NCBI GenBank assembly: GCA_951406725.2
Contig: OX597817.1
Span: 51,956,001 to 52,020,000, forward strand
DNA: 64,000 bases
From: Octopus vulgaris
Taxonomy: Eukaryota
Direction of reading: 5' to 3'
The notes beneath the pieces are model-generated. The model searched no databases, was not told the DNA's origin, and was given only the letters and a program-made list of their open reading frames with translations. Shown here piece by piece: positions 28,725 through 40,862 of this stretch (the stretch's first letter is position 1; every line of letters starts with the position of its first letter). The position numbers and the translations under genes were made by a program.

Positions 28725-29918
28725 AAAAACGACGACGCCGTGGTGATCTCATTCTTGCTCACAACGTCATAAGCGGAAAGTGTAACCTCTCGAAAAAGCA
28801 GTCCTTCACTCCTGCTCCAGAGCGTCGGCTGCGGGGTCATTCTGAAAAGCTCTATCTGCGACGATTTCATCTCAATCGAAGGAGAGGGGCTTTCTCCGTC
28901 CGGGTTGCGGATCCGTGGAATAAGCTGCCGGACGAGATGGTGAAGATGCCGACGACCGCTCGGTTCAAAGTCTCCCTTGACCACAAGTGGCCTGAACTCT
29001 TTACCTGAACACCACCCTGTACATAACTCCATGTCCCCCTACATGGCCTTGCTTTTTGCTTTTTGAGCCAAAGAATTAATTAACTAACTAAAACACCCGC
29101 TTTGCAACCATGTGATTTCGAGTGTCTTCTACTGTAGCCATTGTTGCTTTGTTTATGTCCCTGTAACATGTCGGTTTGGCAAAGAGGTCCGATAGAATAA
29201 GAGACTTCAAAAAATAATTACTGTGGTCAATTGTTGTACTAAAACTCAGTAAGGCGGTGCCCCAGCAAGGCCGCAGTCAAATGGCTGGAATATGTAGTCA
29301 ACAAAAAAAGGAGTGAAGTAGAATCAGCGTGTGTGCTTATTCTTTTCTACTCTAGGCACAAGGCCCGAAATTTGGGTGGATGGGGCCAGTCGATTAGATC
29401 GACCCCAGTACGCAACTGGTACTTAATTTATCGACTCCGAAATGATGAAAGGCAAAGTCGACTTCGGCGGAATTTGAATTCAGAACATAAAGATAGATGA
29501 AATCCCAATTTCTTTACTACCCACAAGGGGCTAAACACAGAGAGGACAAACAAGGACAGACAAACGGTTTAAGTCGATTATATCGATCCCAGTGCGTAAC
29601 TGGTACTTATTTAATCGACCCCGATTTTTCTTTATACTCTCGCTGTGCGAAACTGCATTAGCCCCAAATTTATATATATTAGCCAGGAAAATCCGCGATG
29701 TACTAAATGTGCAACAGGTGAACCGCGATGTACTGAGTGCGCGAGAGTTGAACCGCGATGTGGCGAGGGATCACTATATCGCTCTCCCCACTTTCTTTTT
29801 CTTTTTTACTCTCGCTGTTGTTTTCTTCTCTATATTTCTTCACAATATTAAACAGCAGCAGTAGCTTTAACTTTGCACTTCTTATGACTAAACTATTTTA
29901 AAGCTTCTGCACTTGTAC

Positions 29919-30013
29919 CTCGCGATAGCTCAGTTGGTAGAGCGGAGGACTGTAGTGTGTAATTTAGTTTAACTGTAATCCTTAGGTCGGTGGTTCGAAT
30001 CCGTCTCGCGAGA
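29919..30013 (+). tRNA. tRNA-Tyr(GTA), 22-nt intron 29956-29977
   Basis: Cloverleaf CTCGCGA/TCGCGAG-A, anticodon GTA, intron at 37/38, downstream T-run terminator. Confidence 0.95.
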
Positions 30014-30188
30014 GTTTTTTTTTTCTTTTTGTAATATTTAAATTAACTTTACAAATATAACATTATTTCTCATCAAAGTGAATGGTGGACTGCGGAATCG
30101 TTGGAATTTCTAACGAAATGTCTAACACAATTTAGTTACAGTTCTGAGTTCAAATCTCGCCTTGGTCATCTTTACCATTCAGGGTCTA

Positions 30189-31473
30189 CGAGGGGCGTTC
30201 AATAAGTAATGCCCCTGACACACTTCCCATAGCAGTAGAGCAACGAAACTTGGCACAGTTATTAGTCTTTTTCTACATAGGAACCACCCAGAGTTACGCA
30301 TTTCTCCCATCGTTTGATGCGGCTCTGAAGACCGTTTTTGTAGAAGAACCCAGCTTGGTCCTCCAACCTCAACATGACTTCAGAAATCAAGGCTGCATCA
30401 TCTGGGAAACGCTTTCCTTTCAAAAACAACTTCATGATTGGGAAGAGGTGAAAATGAGAGGATGCAAGGTCAGGAAAGTAGGGGGATGGGGAGGAGTTCA
30501 TAGCCATACGCCTGTGCTTCTGATCTGGCGACAAGCGAGTTGTGGACCGGAGCGTTGTCCTGCAGGAGGAGGATGCCTTTGCTGATCTTGCCCCGCCTCT
30601 TGATTTTGATAACTTCTCTTAATTTCCTCAAAAGTGAAGCATAATAGGCTCCTGCAATTGTGGTACCCTTTGCCAGGAAATCTGTCATCACTACTCCGTC
30701 CTGGTCCCAGAAGACTGTGAGTATGACCTTGCCAGCGGAGGGCTGCACCCTTGCCTTTTTTGGAGGGGTGAGTCACGGTGCTTCCACTGCATTGACTGGG
30801 CTTTGGTCTCTGGATCATCGTGATGGACCCAGGTTTCATCCTGTGTAATCAGTCTTTTGAAAAATTTTGACTCATCTTCTTGGCACATCTCCAAATTCAC
30901 CCTCGAGTACTCGACGCGTTCTTGCCTCTGGAAAGGCGTGAGCAACCTGGGAATCCATCTGGCAGACACCTTTTGCATATGCAAATGGTCATGAATGATA
31001 GTTTCCACAGACCCGGTACTAATCTTGACCTCATGGGCTATTTGGCGAATAATTATGCGTCGATCTTCCAAAATGGCAGCCTCAACTTGACGGACAGATG
31101 CCTCATCAATGGCAGAAGGGGGCGACCAGATCTGGGAGCTGTTTCCACAGAGTTCCGACCATGTTTGAATTCACGATGCCAGCGTTTTACAAGGTCATAT
31201 GATGGGGCATCATCACCATAAGTTACTTTCATTTCATCAAAAGTCTCCCGTGGTGTGCGTCCTTTCAAATACAAAAACTGGATCACTGCTCGACACTCAA
31301 CAGGCTCCATTTCACACTTGACTCGGTTCAAACACCTGTAAATCAGAAACCACAATTAATTCAGAGCTGTAATTTGCCACTTACTCTATAGAGATATGAT
31401 TGCACATGCAAAATTTCAGCTAGATCAAACAACTGCAAGTGGGTCAGAGGCATTACTTATTGAACGTCCCTCG
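30189..31473 (-). mobile_element. Full-length mariner (DD34D-type) element, 1285 bp
   Basis: ~31-bp TIRs CGAGGG(G/A)CGTTCAATAAGTAATGCC(C/T)CTGAC, TA duplication on both sides. Confidence 0.92.
30262..31310 (-). pseudogene. Mariner transposase, frameshifted
   Basis: RSGRP, WIPRLL, ITQDETWVHH, LQDNAPVH, YFPDLASSHFHLF (third Asp lost), split across four ORFs. Confidence 0.9.
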
Positions 31474-31475
31474 TA

Positions 31476-31785
31476 CGTTCTGAGTTCAAATTCCGCCGAT
31501 GTCGACTTTCCCTTTCATCCTTTCGAGGTCGATAAATTAAGTACCAGTTACGCACTGGGGTCGATATAATCGACTTAATCCCTTCGTCTGTTCTTGTTGG
31601 TCCCCTCTGTGTTTAGCCCCTTGTGGGTAGTAAAGAAATAGGTATTTCGTCTGCCGTTACGTTCTGAGTTCAAATTCCGCCGAGGCTGACTTTGCCTTTC
31701 GTCGTTTCGGATGCATGCTGGGGATCGATCTAATCAACTGGCCCCCTTCCCCAAAATTTCAGGCCTTGTGCCTAGAGTAGAAAAG
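31476..31785 (+). mobile_element. SINE family 2 body (2 internal units)
   Basis: Identity to family 2; the mariner abuts it at a TA. Confidence 0.8.
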
Positions 31786-32040
31786 CATATGAACACATAC
31801 AACAGACACACACACGTAAAAGGCAGGGGAGAAGGAGGAGTATGTCTCAAAGTCTAAGACATACTTCTCTCTCTCTCTCTCTCTGCTTTCATTTATCCTT
31901 CTCATCCCTCTCTCCCCCTTCCGCTTTTTTTGCCTCCCCCCACTTTCTTTTCCTTCTCCGTCATATCTCCCTCTACCACTCTCTCCCTCTCTCTCTATCT
32001 CCTTCTCTCATTCGCTCACAGTTGTAACTTTAATTTCACA

Positions 32041-32049
32041 TTTCTTATG
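32041..32049 (+). promoter_or_regulatory. Conserved upstream motif TTTCTTATG of tRNA-Tyr (representative copy)
   Basis: Motif ends at -33/-34 in most Tyr genes. Confidence 0.45.
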
Positions 32050-32081
32050 TCACAATTATTTTACATTCCAAAGCGCGTTGT

Positions 32082-32174
32082 CTCGCGATAGCTCAGTTGG
32101 TAGAGCGGAGGACTGTAGTATAATAATCCAGAACTGACATCCTTAGGTCGATGGTTCGAATCCGTCTCGCGAGA
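32082..32174 (+). tRNA. tRNA-Tyr(GTA), 20-nt intron
   Basis: Intact cloverleaf, intron 32119-32138, T-run terminator. Confidence 0.95.
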
Positions 32175-32689
32175 TTTCTTCTTTTTTTTTTTTTTTGCAA
32201 GTATTTAAATTAAATTTAGAACAATTACATTGATTTAATATATGATGAGAGTGATCTGACAGAATCGTTAGAGCATCGAAAGAAATGTCCCACGTTATTT
32301 AGTTACAAATCTTTACGTTCTTAGTTCAAACGGCCGTAAGTTAACTTTGCCTTTCATTTACTCCAATATTTTAACGATTATGCCTGTCCACCTCGCTCAT
32401 AAATCAACAGAAATATAATATTTCGAAATTTCATTTAATTAGGACGCAGACATGACAGTAGCTTAAGGAGCTAGCTGGGCAAACTCGTGCTTTCGGGTTC
32501 GGAACCACTGCACGGCACCTTGGGAAAATGCGTTCTCTTGTAGTGGGGAGACTGCATGGATGTTACGTTCCAAAACCTCCCACAGAAATAGTTAAAATCT
32601 AAAAAACTATAAATGCATATCGGCCGCAGAAACCCGCGATATACTGAGGAGTCAGCGATATAAATTTACATATATTAAGCCAGAAAAAT

Positions 32690-33129
32690 CCGCGATATAC
32701 TGAGTGCGCGATAGGTGAATCGCAATGTACTGAGGGTGCGATAGGTGAACTGCGATGTACTGAGGGTGCGATAGGTGAACCGCGATGTACTGAGGGTGCG
32801 ATAGGTGAACCGCGATGTAGAGGGCGCGATATGTAAACCGCAATGTACTGAGGGTGTGATAGATGAACCACGATGTACTGAGGGCGCGATAGATGAACCG
32901 CGATGTACTGAGGGCGCGATAGGTTAAACGCGATGTAGTGAGGGTGTGATAGATGAACCACGATGTACTGAAGGCACGATAGATGAACCGCAATGTAGAG
33001 GGCGCGATATGTGAACCGCAATGTACTGAGAGCGCGATAGATGAACCACGAGGTACTGAGGGTGCGATAGGTGAACTGCAATGTACTGAGGGCGCGATAG
33101 ATAAACCGCGATATGGCGAGGGATTACTG
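32690..33129. repeat. ~30-bp minisatellite (~14 units) at the end of a Tigger/pogo-like MITE
   Basis: Unit TACTGAGGG(T/C)GCGATAG(G/A)TGAACCGCGATG; ends GGCGAGGGATTACTG|TA; shorter version at ~29690-29777. Confidence 0.8.
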
Positions 33130-33139
33130 TATATGTATT

Positions 33140-33362
33140 TATTACTTTTATTTCTTTCACTTGCTTCAGTCATTTGACTGCGGCCATGCTGGAGCGCCGC
33201 TTTTAATCGAACAAATCGACGCCAGGGCGTATTCTTTGTAAGCCTAGTAATTATTCTATCGGTCTGTTTTGCCAAACCGCTAAGTTACGGGGACGTAAAT
33301 ACACCAGCATCGGTTGTCAAGTGATGTTGGGGGGACAGTGTCATACAAATACACACACACAA

Positions 33363-33403
<41 letters not shown>

Positions 33404-33661
33404 CAATAAAGGGTTTGGCAACGAATTGCCTTACCACATACCGAATTTAGATTATTACGGATATTATATATATATATATATATATATATACAATACATAC
33501 GACGGGATTTTTTCAGTTTCCGTCAACCAAATCCACTCAAGGCTTTGGTCGGCCCGAGGCTATAGTAGAAGACACAAGTCCAAGGTGCCACACAGTGGGT
33601 CTGAACCCGGAACCCTGTGATTGAGAAACAAGCTTCTTACTACACCGCTATGCTTGCGTCT
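33140..33661 (-). mobile_element. SINE family 1
   Basis: Identity to family 1. Confidence 0.8.
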
Positions 33662-33867
33662 ATGTGTGTGTGCTTGTGTTTCCCACCTAGCATTGGTTTG
33701 TTTGCGTCCTGTAACTTAGCGGTTCGGCAATAAAAAGACCGGTAGAATAAATAACAGGCTTAGTCATTTTTGTTCCCTCCGCTCCTCATCTCTCCCTTTA
33801 CTGCATGGCCGCAGTAAAATGACTGAAACAAGTAACTGAAAAAAAAGTAATAATAAATAAAAAGGAA

Positions 33868-33962
33868 TCTCGCGAGACGGATTCGAACCACCGACCTAAG
33901 GATTACAGTTATGTACATTTTTTTACTACAGTCCTCCGCTCTACCAACTGAGCTATCGCGAG
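33868..33962 (-). tRNA. tRNA-Tyr(GTA), 22-nt intron
   Basis: Intact cloverleaf on minus strand. Confidence 0.95.
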
Positions 33963-34145
33963 ACACAGGGGAACGACCTATGTGGAAATCTAGATGATAA
34001 AATGATCACTTGGTATGTTTGTGTGGTTAAGAAGGTCACTCTGCAGCCAACGTTCTTCTGCCAAGGCCCCGGGTCGACTAAAATGCTTTGTGTGTGAATT
34101 TGGTAGCCGGAAACTGAGTGGAAGCTCGTTGTACGTGTATATGTT

Positions 34146-34186
<41 letters not shown>

Positions 34187-34465
34187 AGCCCGCTTCCAAA
34201 CGCTTGACAACCGGTGTTGGTTTGTTTGCGTCCCCTTGGGTGTTCAGCAAATGAGCTCCATGGAATAATTAATTACCAGACTTGAAAAATAATAAGTAAT
34301 GGAGCGATTTTTTCCAAGCAGTGTTCCAGCATGGCCGCAGTTAAATGACTGAAATAAATTATAGGAATATTTGGCGCAGAATCAGAAATTTCGATGAAGA
34401 CAGATTAATCGTTTACCTTAACATCAGCATTTGGTTAGTAATTCATCATATGCTAGACTGCCGAA

Positions 34466-34840
34466 ATGATGATGATGGTCATGATGGTAGTGGTGGTGGT
34501 GGTGGTGGTGGTGGTGGTGGTGGTGGTGGTGGTGGTGGTGGTGGTGGACTGGTGGTGGTGGTGGTGGTGGTGGTGGTGGTGGTGATGTTGATGGTGGTGG
34601 TGGGGGGGGGTGGTGGTGGTGGGGGTGGTGATGTTGATGGTGATGGTGGTGGTGGTGATGGTGGTGATGGTGATGATGATGATGATGATGGTGATGGTGA
34701 TGGTGATGATGATGATGATGACGATGACCACCATCACCACCATCATCATCATCATTGTCACCGATATCACCAGCCCCACCATCACAACCACCACTTCCAC
34801 CACCACCACCACCTCCACCACCACCAACACCAATACCAAC
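34466..34840. repeat. Trinucleotide low-complexity tract (GGT/GAT)n then (CAC/CAT)n
   Basis: Directly visible. Confidence 0.9.
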
Positions 34841-34980
34841 ACGCTCGTATATTGACTTCGGGGGTCACCGGAAGTCAGAAAAAATGTTGAAACTAAATGC
34901 CGCAGGACATTTCCACCGACCCCCATAATATTTCTCAATTTGATTTAAATATTTACACTAAAAAAAAAAAAAAGAGGAAA

Positions 34981-35072
34981 TCTCGCGAGACGGATTCGAA
35001 CCACCGACCTAAGGATAACAGACGAGTTAATCATACTACAGTCCTCCGCTCTACCAACTGAGCTATCGCGAG
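34981..35072 (-). tRNA. tRNA-Tyr(GTA), 19-nt intron
   Basis: Intact cloverleaf. Confidence 0.95.
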
Positions 35073-35336
35073 GTACATGATTAAACATTGCGAAATAATG
35101 TTGTCATAAGAAATATGAAGTTAAGCTACGCCTATTCGTTAGAGCGGGAAAGAGAGGAGGACATGGAGGGAAGACGAAGGTGATGACGAGGGAAGGGGAG
35201 GAAGAGGAATGGGAGGGAGGGATGGTGAAGAAGAGGAGGAGGGAGAGAAGAAGTGAAGGTAGGAGGAGGGAGGATTGGAGGAAGGGAGAGAGAGGGAGAG
35301 AGATAACGGTGGTGGTGGTGATGGTGGTCATCGTCG

Positions 35337-35367
<31 letters not shown>

Positions 35368-35450
35368 TTCGGCAGTCTAGCAAATGCACTCTATGTACAT
35401 ATTTATCAATACTTTTGAGGCGTGGAATCACTAAAAAAAACATTCCAATC

Positions 35451-35521
<71 letters not shown>

Positions 35522-35909
35522 CACTACAGGCTTCTTTCAGTTTCCGTCTAGGCTAAAGAGGCGAGAAGCGAACAGGTCGTGGTTGGAACGCCTTTTCTTT
35601 GCCATTATCAATAACAGCATCAACAACATACTGGAATGAAAATTTCAAACAGGAAGCAAAACCACGAACCATGTGGTTGGGAAGCAAGCTACTTACCACA
35701 CAGCCACTCCTGAGTGATTAATTTTATCCCGGAAGGATAAAAAGTAAAGTTGACTGAGGGTTCAATTGAACGAAGAACGTAAACAGTCGTAAATAAATAG
35801 CGCAAGACTTTTCCTCCGATGCTCTAACGATTCTGCCAGGGTGTGTTTAATGGCAAAAGATGACCTTCCACAAATATATGAAAAAAGAAAAGAAAAAAAA
35901 AAGATGGAA

Positions 35910-36001
35910 TCTCGCGAGACGGATTCGAACCATCGACCTAAGGATAACAGACGAGTTAATCATACTACAGTCCTCCGCTCTACCAACTGAGCTATCGCGA
36001 G
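35910..36001 (-). tRNA. tRNA-Tyr(GTA), 19-nt intron
   Basis: Intact; T-stem variant GATGG. Confidence 0.95.
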
Positions 36002-36663
36002 ATACAGGATCTGATGTTGCGAAATAGATATGTCATAAAGAAATGTGAAATACTTGAGGCGACAATTGTTTGTTGAAGAGAGAGTGGAGGGAGGAATAAT
36101 GTGAGTGGTGAAAGAGAAGCGGGAGGATGAGGAGGGTGCGTAGAGAGGGAGGAGAAAGGAAATGGGAGAGAGAGAGTGGGAGCAGTAACGGGGAAGAGAA
36201 GCTAGAAGAAAGTGAGAGGGGGTAAAAACAGTGGGTGGGGTAGAAGGAGCAGAGGAAGGGGAGAGAAAGGAAAACGCGATGAGAGAGGAGGAGGAGAATG
36301 TAAATGAAAGCAGGAGGGAAGCGGAAAGAAAAGACGAAAGAAAGTGGGAGGGTTAGAAGGAGGAGAAGGTTAAGAGACGGCTGGAGTGAGAGAATGAGAG
36401 AGAGAGAGAGGGAGGGCGAGATAAGCAGGAGGAGCAGAAGCAAAACAGACAACAGGATGGAAAGAGAAAAAGCAGGAAAAAGACAGCAAGAGGGGGAGAA
36501 AGGGACCAGGAGGTCATCTTTCCCTCTTCCTCTGCTTGTCTTTTTCTGCTCCCCCTCCTCCCTCCGTTCCTCATCTCCCCTTCAAAGTGGCTCTCCAGCA
36601 TGGCTGCAGTAAAGGTACTGAAATAAGTAACAAAAAAAAGTAATAATAATAAATAAATATGAA

Positions 36664-36759
36664 TCTCGCGAAACGGATTCGAACCACCGACCTAAGGATT
36701 ACAATTTGTATATAAATTCTTACTACAGTCCTCCGCTCTACCAACTGAGCTATCGCGAG
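36664..36759 (-). tRNA. tRNA-Tyr(GTA), 23-nt intron
   Basis: One T-stem C>T change, giving a third G.U pair. Confidence 0.85.
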
Positions 36760-37250
36760 AAACGAGAGAACAGGGTCTCTGTTAGTTTGATCATAAGAAA
36801 TGTGAAATTAACGCTACGACAGCTGTTCAGTTTTGTGTGCGACAAGGAAACGGTGAAGAAGAGAGCACACGAAAGAGAAATTAGGGGTCTTGGGGTACAT
36901 AGGGCCGGTTGTCTGGTTTCCTAATATTCCTCGAGAGAAAAAGGAAAACGCATTTTCCAGTTAAGTGGACTTGGAGCAGCGTAAATTGAAGTGTTTTCCT
37001 CAGAAACACAACGCACCACCCAGTCCGGGAATCGAAATCACATTCTTATGATCAGGAGCGCAACACCCCTTACCACAACACCACGTGCCTTCACGTAACT
37101 GTTACGTCGAAATCGATTATATTGATCCTGTTTGTCGACTTACTATAACACTCAAGAATGATTAAAGTTGAAGCCGACTCAGGTACACTAACTAAATACC
37201 ATCCCACAATAAGGACGTCAACGTTAAAATGCACAGCTGCTGCCGACGAA

Positions 37251-37324
37251 GGCCGGTTAGCTCAGTTGGTTAGAGCGTCGTGCTAATAACGCGAATGTCG
37301 TGGGTTCGAGCCCCATACTGGCCA
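37251..37324 (+). tRNA. tRNA-Ile(AAT)
   Basis: GGCCGGT..CTAATAA..ACTGGCCA cloverleaf, T5 downstream. Confidence 0.95.
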
Positions 37325-37490
37325 TATATCTTTTTATGTTTGCAATCTTTTATGTTTGTGCAGGAGTACTTGTATGGTTAAGAACGTCGCTTTGCAACCC
37401 ACTGCTTTCACGTTCAATCCCAAAGTTCGTACCATGAATAAGCGATCGAACAAATACCTTGTCGATCAATATGGTAGACGGAAGTTGTGT

Positions 37491-37862
37491 TAAGACGGCG
37501 AGCTGGCAGAATCGTGAGCACGCCGGGCGAAATGCTTAGCGGTATTTCGTCTGCCGCTACGTTCTGAGTTCAAATTCCGCCAAGGTAGACTTTGCCTTTC
37601 ATCTTTTCGGGGTCGATAAATTAAGTACCAGTTACGCACTGGGGTCGATATAATCGACTTAATTCGTTTGCCTGTCCTTGTTTGTCCCCTCTGTGTTTAG
37701 CCCTTGTGGGTAGTAAAGAAATAGGTATTTCGTTTGCCGTTACGTTCTGAGTTCAAATTCCGCCGAGGTAGACTTTGCCTTTCATCCTTTATGGGTCGAT
37801 AAATTAAGTTTCAATTTGGTATTGGGGTCCATCTAATCGACTGGCTCCATCCCGCAAAATTG
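37491..37862 (+). mobile_element. SINE family 2 with 2 internal units
   Basis: Units start ~37542 and 37725. Confidence 0.85.
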
Positions 37863-37965
37863 CGACTCGTAGAATTCAAACTCACGGAGCAATTACTAAT
37901 ACTACCCAACGTAAATAACTAAATACTACCCAACGCTCCAGCTGTTCAGCCATTCATCACAATAA

Positions 37966-37973
37966 TGACGTCA
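37966..37973 (+). promoter_or_regulatory. CRE/ATF-like palindrome TGACGTCA upstream of tRNA-Ile (representative copy)
   Basis: (T/G)GACGTCA starts at -35 to -38 in nine Ile genes. Confidence 0.45.
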
Positions 37974-38003
37974 ATGTTAAAATGCGCATCTGCTGCCGTC
38001 AAA

Positions 38004-38077
38004 GGCCGGTTAGCTCAGTTGGTTAGAGCGTCGTGCTAATAACGCGAATGTCGTGGGTTCGAGCCCCATACTGGCCA
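38004..38077 (+). tRNA. tRNA-Ile(AAT)
   Basis: Consensus copy. Confidence 0.95.
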
Positions 38078-38493
38078 AATTCTTTTTTTTTTAATATATG
38101 TTTTTGTGTATAGGCATCGTTACGTAGTCAAGAACTTCGCTTTGCAACCACCTGATTTCAGATTGAATCCCACTTCGTGAATCATTAAGTATCATCTTGT
38201 GTAGCCCCGGGGCGACCAATGCCTTCCCAATTAGTCTGGTAGACGAAAATTGTATTGAAGCCCATGCCGTCCCACCACCGCTTGGCAACGAGAGTCGGTT
38301 TGTTTACCTCCCCGTGACTTGGCGTTTCGGCATAAAGACCGATGGAATTGAACTACACTTACAAAAATATATTAAGCGAGTTGGTTCAACCCTATCTCCT
38401 CAAGACTGCTCTGGTATGGCAGCAGTGCAACGATCGAAACGTGTTAAGGATAAAAGGAAGAAATTTCAGATGAGAAAGAAAAGAAATGACAAC

Positions 38494-38587
38494 TCTCGCG
38501 AGACGGATTCGAACCACCGACCTAAGGATTACAGGTATATACAATTTCAACTACAGTCCTCCGCTCTACCAACTGAGCTATCGCGAG
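38494..38587 (-). tRNA. tRNA-Tyr(GTA), 21-nt intron
   Basis: Intact cloverleaf. Confidence 0.95.
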
Positions 38588-40770
38588 ATATGATAACGTC
38601 CACTATAAAATTGTTTACTCATAAGATATTTGAAATTTAAAGCCTCGATAGCTGTCCGGTATCGGGTTTGACAGGGAAACAACGAGGAGGAGCAAAGATG
38701 AATGAGAAGAAATTAAGGGTCTTAGAGCACATGGGACCGGTTCCTTGGTTTCCATGGCGTCTCAGTGACTAAGATCACAATATCGTGAAAAAGGGATTAT
38801 TCATTTACAGCTAAATTAACCAGGGCGCAATTAGAAATGATCTGTTTTACTCAAGAACTAAACGCGTCACTCGGTCCGGAAAGCGAAACCACAACGCCAC
38901 CCATCTCGACATACATGCGCAAAATCCTGGAAGGCGCAAAATCCTGGAAGGCGCAAAATCCTGGTTTAGGCACGCCATGTAACCATTCGTAAGTTGTTTA
39001 TTTTTTCTAACTTTCACAAAATGTTTGCGAATGTGTTCTATTCACGGGAATTCGTTCAGTTACGCAAAACAAACTGTTTTTTTAAACTTAAATTTCCCTC
39101 TCTCCCACCCACTAAAAACACCCTAAAATTTCCATTCTTTTTCGAATTTTTTGTTTTTAAATCCTAGTTTTGCAATACGGACATTCCGAATCTGCATATT
39201 TGTTTCTGGTTTTATTTTCAAAATAAAAATTTGAAATCCAAAATCAAAAACTTAACGAAAAGTTTTTTTTAAACAAACGTGCATGCGCATGGCCTATTAT
39301 CGCTTCTGGCACACTGCATATAACTGGTGAAAACGTCTTTAATTTTTGGTATTTTCCCAAAACTTTTGCGATGTGTGTTCTACATACAGGACCTCGTACT
39401 ATTAAGCCACAAAAAGTAGTTTTTCGATTAAAATCCCCCACCAACGATTGCTCAAATTACACTTAACCCGTATTGATCAGGCAGGTATTGGAGACCCTGG
39501 GGACATTGATGGGATTAATCCACATAGATTTCATGATAGGTATTCTTTTATTCTTCTATTCTTCTATTTGTCTCAGTCATTTGACTGCGGCCATACTGGA
39601 ACACTGCCTTTAGTCGAAGAAATCGACCCCAGGACTTTAGGGTCGTCGCCAAGCCCCTGCAATCCCTGCGGTCGCAGAGGCCCTCCGCGGTTGAGGGGGC
39701 CCCATGTTAAGATCAAAGTACGTAGATGAGTCATCTGCTTACTTTGGTTAAGATTTTGAACAAGAATTAAACTATGTTAACTGAAAATTTCAAGAAATAA
39801 AATGGTAATACATTGTACCTGCAAAAGTTCTTGTAAAAATATTACTTTGAACCACGAACGTGTACCAGACTTTGTGGATTGTCTATGATATCTCTTGAAC
39901 ACAAACTTGGCTCTCAGCTTGATTATTCTGAACTGATCGATGACTCTGCGAAGTGGAAAGTGCACCGTGTTTGTCTTTGAAAGATGCCTGGATTATAAAA
40001 GTACTCTTTTATTCATATCTGTGAGTTTTACTTATTGAAATTTGTAACAGACCCAAATAAATTTAACTTATTGTATTTTTAGAGATGTTCTTTAGAATAG
40101 CGCGAAATATTGAACTATTGAATAAAGTAAAATATAGCTATGAATAAAAGGTGCGTAGATTATGAATTTTGATTGAAGGGATGGGGCCTCGAAACAAAAA
40201 GGTTGCAAGGGGCCTCTAAAACTCACGCAACGGAGCAGCCATCGTAAGGCTAGTACTTATTCTATCGATCTCTGTTACAGAACCGCTAAGTTACGGGGAC
40301 CTAAACACAACAACATCGGTTATAAAGCGATAGTTGGGGGGGGGGGCAAACACAGACACATATATATATATATATATACGACGGGCTTCTTTCAGTTTCC
40401 GTCTACCAAATCCACTGACAAGTCTTTGGTCGGCCCGAGGCTATAATAGAAGACACTTGACCAAGGTGCCACGCAGTGGGACTGAACCCGGAACCATGTG
40501 GTTGGGAAGCAAGCTACTTACCACACAACTCCTGAGTGGTTAATTTTATCCCGTAAGGATAAAAAGTAAAGTTGACTGAGGGTTCAATTGAACGAAGAAC
40601 GTAAACAGTCGTAAATAAATAGCGCAAGACTTTTCCTCCGATGCTCTAACGATTCTGCCAGAGTGTGTTTAATGGCAAAAGATGACCTTCCACAAATATA
40701 ATAATATAATTAATATAAAATAGCTGAATTAAATTTAAATATATGAAGAAAGAAAAAAAAAAAGATGAAA

Positions 40771-40862
40771 TCTCGCGAGACGGATTCGAACCATCGACCT
40801 AAGGATAACAGACGAGTTAATCATACTACAGTCCTCCGCTCTACCAACTGAGCTATCGCGAG
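40771..40862 (-). tRNA. tRNA-Tyr(GTA), 19-nt intron
   Basis: Duplicate of 35910-36001. Confidence 0.95.

Larger units (their letters stand above)
26157..29088 (+). mobile_element. CR1-like LINE, 5'-truncated, inserted into a SINE head
   Basis: APE and RT coding region, short 3' UTR with (TAAC)n tail, candidate TSD TAAAACA (26150-26156, 29089-29095). Confidence 0.85.

Noticed and set aside
30262-31310. Domesticated SETMAR-like gene
   Set aside because: No SET domain, multiple frameshifts, third catalytic Asp lost, TIRs intact: an ordinary dead mariner
32690-33120. 30-bp repeats as a CRISPR array
   Set aside because: Head-to-tail units with no unique spacers, no cas genes, eukaryotic context
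34345-34890. Gly/Asp/His-rich 181-aa ORF resembling a cephalopod His-rich protein
   Set aside because: Starts inside a SINE tail and consists of trinucleotide repeats open in several frames; no splice or codon evidence
38927-38965. 17-bp repeats GCGCAAAATCCTGGAAG (also ~43931) and TTGGCAGTTC repeats at ~4390-4480
   Set aside because: Probably subterminal repeats of decayed DNA transposons; ends could not be defined
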